Shown here: positions 41,471 to 46,122 of the stretch, in pieces
How the letters are laid out: the number at the start of each line of letters is the position of its first letter
Numbering within the stretch: the first letter of the stretch is position 1
Source of the DNA: a virus
Virus record (IMG/VR): IMGVR_UViG_3300010331_000005
DNA: 46,122 bases
Strand: one strand, 5' to 3'
Position numbers and translations under genes: made by a program
Notes under the pieces: generated by a model
The model's input: the letters and a program-made list of their open reading frames with translations, nothing else
What the model was told of the DNA's origin: nothing
The model's database searches: none

Positions 41471-43204
41471 ATGAGTGAATGCATCGATTGCTCTGATAAG
41501 AAGATTTCACGAACATACAGCTGCATTTTTGCAATGGCTTGGGAATATGAAGATGGAACAAACAGTTGCGGATTAGCAGGAACAAACATGGACTGTCACT
41601 GGTGCGAAAAGTACCTGGAACAAAAAACTAGACGTGAAGATGAAAACTGTAAGCTTGCCAGAATGGTTGGATATTCAGATAATCCATCAACTCCATATGA
41701 ACGGCATTGTGTAGATGAAATTATATATCCAGATGGTAGTTTTGCATGGTGGGAAGTAGGAGTTGATATGTTTAACAGTCTCCAAGAAGCAATACAGAAC
41801 GGATACACAATGGATTTTGAATGGCAGAAGGAGGAAAAGAATAAAGTGAATAACGAAATTGAAAGGAGCAAAAACATGATTCAAAATATTGATATTACAA
41901 AGATTCATTCCCATTATAATAATCCTCGTAAGAATCTCGGTGACCTTACCGAATTAGCACAAAGTATAAAAAATAGTGGGATATTACAAAACCTAACAGT
42001 AGTTCCTTGGTTTTCTCAAATCACAGGTGTCGGCGCTGATAGTCCAAAACAACAGGAGGAAATGGGATACATCGCTGTTATTGGTCACCGTCGTCTTGCA
42101 GCTGCAAAACTCGCAGGATTGACAGAAGTACCATGTTCAATATCAAATATGGACCTTCGTCAACAAGTTGGTACAATGCTACTCGAGAATATGCAGAGGA
42201 GCGACCTGACTATCTATGAGCAAGCTCAAGGGATTCAAATGATGATGGACCTTGGTGATACTGTTGGTGATATCTCCAGTAAAACTGGATTCTCATATAC
42301 AACTGTAAGCCGTAGAGTAAAGCTTCTTGAATTTGATAGTGATAAATTCCGCAAATCAGTTGAAAGAGGCGGGACTTTGATGGATTATGCTGAGCTGGAA
42401 AAAATTCATGATGTTGAATTACGAAATAAGGTACTTGAAAAAATCGGTACACCTAATTTTAAATGGGAATTACAAAGCGCTATCGATAAGGAAAAAAGTG
42501 AAGTAAGATTGGCATTAATAATTACTGAACTGAAGAAATTCGCAACACAAGTAGAAGATACAAAAGGACTGCAATATGTCAAAAACTACTATAATTCTAA
42601 GCCGGAAGATATTACTGAACCTGACGACACTGATACTAAAGAATATTTTTTCAAAGTATCAAATTATGGTTCTATTGACTTATACAAGAAAACAGAGATA
42701 TCAGAAAAGACCTTTAATAGTTACGTATCTGATGAAAAACAGAAAGAACTTAGAGAGAACCAAGCTGCTCTTGAAGAAATATCCAAACAAGCATATCAGA
42801 TCAGACGTTCCTTTATTCTTGATTATTCTAGCACTCGAGCTAAAAAGTGTATAAGCATAATCATTGAATATTTATTAAGAGGTATGTTAGATGGAAGTTA
42901 TGATCTTGATTATGATGACTTCTCTGAAGCTCTCAATATAAAGATTGAAGAAGATGCAGAATGGAAATTCGATGATTTTGCCCCTAAAATTACTGCTCAG
43001 CCAGAACAACACTTACTTATTGCAACCTATTTAGCAATTGAGTCGAAGAGAGAACATTATTATAACTGGAATAACCAACATTACAACAATGAAAATTTAA
43101 ATATGGTTTATGATTTCCTCGAAAAACTTGGATATGAAATGTCAGAAGAAGAACAGTCACTCCGCGATGGTACGCACAAGCTATTTCAAATTACTAATAC
43201 TTGA
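41471..43204 (+). CDS. ParB/Srx-domain protein with Cys-rich N-terminal extension; possible nested start at 41877
   Basis: IDITKIHSHYNNPRK...LAQSIKNSGILQNLTVVP...IAVIGHRRLAAAKLAGLTEVPC (ParB N-terminal domain with GHRR). Internal gaaaggag-N7-ATG at 41877. Confidence 0.75.
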   Translation: MSECIDCSDKKISRTYSCIFAMAWEYEDGTNSCGLAGTNMDCHWCEKYLEQKTRREDENCKLARMVGYSDNPSTPYERHCVDEIIYPDGSFAWWEVGVDMFNSLQEAIQNGYTMDFEWQKEEKNKVNNEIERSKNMIQNIDITKIHSHYNNPRKNLGDLTELAQSIKNSGILQNLTVVPWFSQITGVGADSPKQQEEMGYIAVIGHRRLAAAKLAGLTEVPCSISNMDLRQQVGTMLLENMQRSDLTIYEQAQGIQMMMDLGDTVGDISSKTGFSYTTVSRRVKLLEFDSDKFRKSVERGGTLMDYAELEKIHDVELRNKVLEKIGTPNFKWELQSAIDKEKSEVRLALIITELKKFATQVEDTKGLQYVKNYYNSKPEDITEPDDTDTKEYFFKVSNYGSIDLYKKTEISEKTFNSYVSDEKQKELRENQAALEEISKQAYQIRRSFILDYSSTRAKKCISIIIEYLLRGMLDGSYDLDYDDFSEALNIKIEEDAEWKFDDFAPKITAQPEQHLLIATYLAIESKREHYYNWNNQHYNNENLNMVYDFLEKLGYEMSEEEQSLRDGTHKLFQITNT

Positions 43205-43222
43205 AAGGAGGCGAATAAGAAA

Positions 43223-43369
43223 ATGGCAAAAGTTTCATGTGGTTGGGATAATTGCATGTACAACGCAGGTGGTATATGCATCAGCTTAGGTGAAATAGAT
43301 TTACAATCTGTTATTGATGAAGACACAAACAAGGAATATCTACAGTGTACTACCTATGAAAAATTATGA
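43223..43369 (+). CDS. DUF1540-like small Cys-rich protein (48 aa)
   Basis: MAKVSCGWDNCMYNAGGICISLGEIDL...QCTTYE. SD aaaggagg. Confidence 0.55.
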   Translation: MAKVSCGWDNCMYNAGGICISLGEIDLQSVIDEDTNKEYLQCTTYEKL

Positions 43370-43446
43370 GGAGGTTGTGAAAATGTTAATTGTATCTGAT
43401 ATCTATGAAACACCAAGGCCGCCGCTATGGTGGATGGTGAAAGCTA

Positions 43447-43617
43447 ATGAGTGAAACAACAGTACGTATTAGTCAAGAACTGGACATGTTATTTAATCAG
43501 TTTGAAAAATGTCAGACAGTTAAAGGAGCAGATTTAGTCGGAAAAGCAATAGTAAGTAAGCGTAAGGAATTATATAGTGCGCTAGATAAAGAAGAAGACA
43601 CTCGCCAAAGTGTCTAA
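43447..43617 (+). CDS. Hypothetical 56-aa protein, below the ORF-track cutoff
   Basis: MSETTVRISQELDMLFNQFEKCQ... is an open frame, but no clear SD was seen. Confidence 0.4.
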   Translation: MSETTVRISQELDMLFNQFEKCQTVKGADLVGKAIVSKRKELYSALDKEEDTRQSV

Positions 43618-43667
43618 ATGAAAATGTGTAGCTTCATAATATCATGAAGCAGAAGGGTTGGTCAAGA

Positions 43668-44525
43668 ATGATAGGTAAGAATATCAAAAAAGCGTTAAAC
43701 GCTAAAATAGAAGATTGGTTAAAAAATATCGATGATGCATCAATCGTAAAAGTTTTAAGAGAAAACATCATTATTACAGGTGGATCCATTGTCTCAATGC
43801 TGAATAGTGAAGAACCTAATGATTATGATGTGTATTTCAGAACTAAAGAAGGATGTTTGCAAGTAGCTAAATATTACGCTGATATATTCAATAAGACGCA
43901 TGAAAAATGTGTTGAGATAAAACTTGAGGGAGAAAGGATCCAGTGTTTTATTAGAAGTAAAGGCATTGCTGCAGAGGAAAACGAAACTGGTATTACAGAT
44001 GAAACAGAACCCTTTGTTATATCTCCGACAATTGATGATGAAAAGCCCAAATACCGTCCAGTGTTCTTTTCAACTAATGCAATTTCACTATCAGACAAAA
44101 TACAGTTAGTTATCAGATTTTATGGTTCTCCTGAAGAGATACATATGAATTATGATTTTGTCCATTGTACTTGCTGCTATTCATTCTTTGATAATAAATT
44201 GGACTTGCCTTCAAGAGCTTTGGAATCAATTATAAACAAGGAACTTTATTACACAGGCTCAAGATATCCGGTATGCTCCATAATCCGTACTAGAAAGTTT
44301 GTTTCTAGAGGTTGGACTATCAACGCAGGTCAGTATTTAAAAATGTGTTTGCAAGTCAGCGAATTAGATTTGAAAGATTTCAAGGTATTTAAAGACCAAC
44401 TTGCAGGTGTTGATAGTGCTTATTTTAATGTAGCTATAGCTGCCATAGAAGATAAGAAAGAAAAGAATCCAGAGTTTGCGGTAGACAATACTTATTTATT
44501 TGAAGTTATAAACAGAATATTTTAA
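43668..44525 (+). CDS. Hypothetical protein with Pol-beta-type nucleotidyltransferase-like motif
   Basis: ITGGSIVSMLNSEEPNDYDVYF fits hG[GS]-x11-DhDh. Start at 43668 or 43644. Confidence 0.6.
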   Translation: MIGKNIKKALNAKIEDWLKNIDDASIVKVLRENIIITGGSIVSMLNSEEPNDYDVYFRTKEGCLQVAKYYADIFNKTHEKCVEIKLEGERIQCFIRSKGIAAEENETGITDETEPFVISPTIDDEKPKYRPVFFSTNAISLSDKIQLVIRFYGSPEEIHMNYDFVHCTCCYSFFDNKLDLPSRALESIINKELYYTGSRYPVCSIIRTRKFVSRGWTINAGQYLKMCLQVSELDLKDFKVFKDQLAGVDSAYFNVAIAAIEDKKEKNPEFAVDNTYLFEVINRIF

Positions 44526-44538
44526 AGGGGGAATTTAA

Positions 44539-46011
44539 TTGAAAATATCATTTTTAAAACTAAAAAATTGTTTAGGAGTTAAGGAATTAGAATTCAAACC
44601 AGGTGAGATTACTTTAATTGAAGGTGAAGAAGGACAGGGCAAAACATCAATACTGGAATCTATACAAAGATTCTTCTATAACAAGTCAGAACGTCAGGTG
44701 TTTGTTAATTCAGATGCTGAAAAAGCTGAAACATATCTTGACTTGGATGATGGAACCACGATGAAAAAGTATGTAAATAAAGATGGCAAGACTACCACTA
44801 CAACAATTGATAAAGGTGGTATGTCACCAAATAAGCCTGAGGACTTTTTGAAAGGATTAGTAAGCGAGAGACAACTTAATCCAATTAGTTTGATTCAGAT
44901 GGAGGACAAGGACCTGACAGCTTTGATTTTATCTCTTATGCCTATAAAGGTAACCAAAGAAGATTTACAGGCATGGCTTCAAGAGATTCCACTAGGTGTT
45001 GACTGTGGAAAACATGGTTTGCAAGTGTGCAAGGAAGTTGAGAAGTATTATTTTGATGCCAGGACGGATTTGAACCGTAAGATTAAAGATCTCTCCGGTG
45101 AAATAAAAACAGCGATAACAAAACTACCTGAAAATTATAATGCTGATGAATGGCGTAATGTTTCTCTTCAGGAAAAATATGAAGCTATCAGCAATGCTAA
45201 TAAAGATAACGCTGCTCGCATTAATAATCAGACAATAGTTGATAGAGCAAACGACAAAGTTGAAGCATTCCGTAGCAGCTGCAAAATTGATATTGCCGAA
45301 GCTAAGAGATTAAACGAAGAAGGTAAGCTATCTACCAATGCCAGCATTACCAATTTAGAAGTTCAAATAGCGTTATTAAAATTGAATCTTGAGCAGGCAG
45401 ACAGTAAATGCGTAGAAAGCGTTGCTGATATTACAGAATCGTACAAGAAGTTGGCCAACAATGTAACTGATGAGAGTAAATTGGCTGAAACATATCTAGC
45501 AGAAAATACAGTTATTGACATTGCGCCTCTCGAAGCAGCACATAAAGAAGCTGAAACAATGAAATCTTATGTCAGAACAGCTGATGATCTTAAAGTTAAA
45601 GAAACGGATTTTGCTGCAAAAGAAATAAAAGCTAAGGATTATAAAAATAAAATTGAGTATATGAGGACTAAACCTCAGATGCTTCTGGCTAAGGCAGAGA
45701 TGCCCATTGAAGGACTTGCAGTAGATAGCCAAGGTTTTATTACAATAAACGAAAGACCAATTATAAGCCTTTCAGGTGGAGAAAGAATCAAATTCGTAAT
45801 GAATATTGTTAGGGCAACAGCTGGAGAATTAAAAATTATTCTTATCGATGGATTTGAGAAGCTTTCACCAAAGGGACAAATGGAATTTATCAATGAATGC
45901 TCTGGTGATGGGTTCCAATATATTATCACGAAAGTTACAGATGGAGAAATGAGAATTACAAGTATTCAAGATGGTAAAAAGATAGATGCTTTGACAGGTG
46001 AACAATTATAA
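44539..46011 (+). CDS. SMC/Rad50/RecF-like ABC ATPase (recombination)
   Basis: N-terminal Walker A EGEEGQGKTS, long coiled-coil middle, C-terminal signature LSGGERIKF and Walker B IILIDGFEKL. TTG start after aaaggggg. Confidence 0.75.
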   Translation: MKISFLKLKNCLGVKELEFKPGEITLIEGEEGQGKTSILESIQRFFYNKSERQVFVNSDAEKAETYLDLDDGTTMKKYVNKDGKTTTTTIDKGGMSPNKPEDFLKGLVSERQLNPISLIQMEDKDLTALILSLMPIKVTKEDLQAWLQEIPLGVDCGKHGLQVCKEVEKYYFDARTDLNRKIKDLSGEIKTAITKLPENYNADEWRNVSLQEKYEAISNANKDNAARINNQTIVDRANDKVEAFRSSCKIDIAEAKRLNEEGKLSTNASITNLEVQIALLKLNLEQADSKCVESVADITESYKKLANNVTDESKLAETYLAENTVIDIAPLEAAHKEAETMKSYVRTADDLKVKETDFAAKEIKAKDYKNKIEYMRTKPQMLLAKAEMPIEGLAVDSQGFITINERPIISLSGGERIKFVMNIVRATAGELKIILIDGFEKLSPKGQMEFINECSGDGFQYIITKVTDGEMRITSIQDGKKIDALTGEQL

Positions 46012-46122
46012 GGAAAAGGGGGGTAATTGAATAATGAGTTTATTTGAAACTGCTACAAGGGAAAAGGCAAAATTAAGATTAGCTTTAACAGGACCTTCAG
46101 GAGCAGGTAAAACATTGTCAGC
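46000..46122. repeat. Terminal overlap, copy 2 (duplicates the end of the SMC-like gene and the start of the Sak4-like gene)
   Basis: Identical to bases 1-123, read directly. Confidence 0.95.

Larger units (their letters stand above)
1..45999. mobile_element. Complete circularly closed temperate phage genome (lambda-like head and packaging, contractile tail, tRNA-targeting integrase)
   Basis: Full set of replication, packaging, head, tail, lysis and lysogeny modules. Exact 123-bp overlap of the window ends gives a 45,999-bp unit. Confidence 0.85.

Noticed and set aside
1-46122. CRISPR arrays, rRNA genes, IS elements with transposases
   Set aside because: No regularly spaced 25-40-bp repeats, no rRNA-like sequence and no transposase-like ORFs were seen on either strand.

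Overview
The window is a complete, circularly closed temperate phage genome of 45,999 bp. Bases 1-123 are repeated exactly at 46000-46122. It is low-GC with strong Firmicute-type Shine-Dalgarno sites. Nearly all genes are on the + strand, in these modules. (1) 43.6 kb wrapping to 7.2 kb holds recombination and replication genes: SMC-like ATPase, Sak4-like ATPase, SF2 helicase, VRR-NUC, DUF669-like, PrimPol/D5 helicase, a candidate origin and a XerC/D-like recombinase. (2) 7.2-11.1 kb holds small Cys-rich ORFs, an HNH endonuclease and an ArpU/RinA-like late regulator. (3) 11.1-12.0 kb is structured non-coding DNA and the probable cos region. (4) 12.0-18.9 kb is a lambda-type packaging and head set: Nu1-like, GpA-like, gpW, portal, ClpP protease with nested scaffold, gpD-like and gpE-like. 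(5) 18.9-30.9 kb is a P2/Mu/PBSX-type contractile tail with a canonical -1 frameshift chaperone, and a tail fibre carrying an SGNH esterase. (6) 31.0-32.9 kb is the lysis cassette. (7) 32.9-36.7 kb is an accessory island. (8) 36.7-38.9 kb is the lysogeny module: attP built on a tRNA 3' half, integrase, and a CI/Cro-like switch. (9) 38.9-43.6 kb holds early genes, including a ParB-domain protein. The most unusual content is in the accessory island. It contains a self-promoted GNAT (TacT-like) toxin-type gene with a half-sized upstream partner, and a perfect 23-bp inverted repeat built from tandem 9-mers. It also contains decayed minus-strand gene fragments and several minus-strand genes with their own promoters that are probably expressed in the lysogen. 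All family calls come from motifs read by eye; no database search was run.
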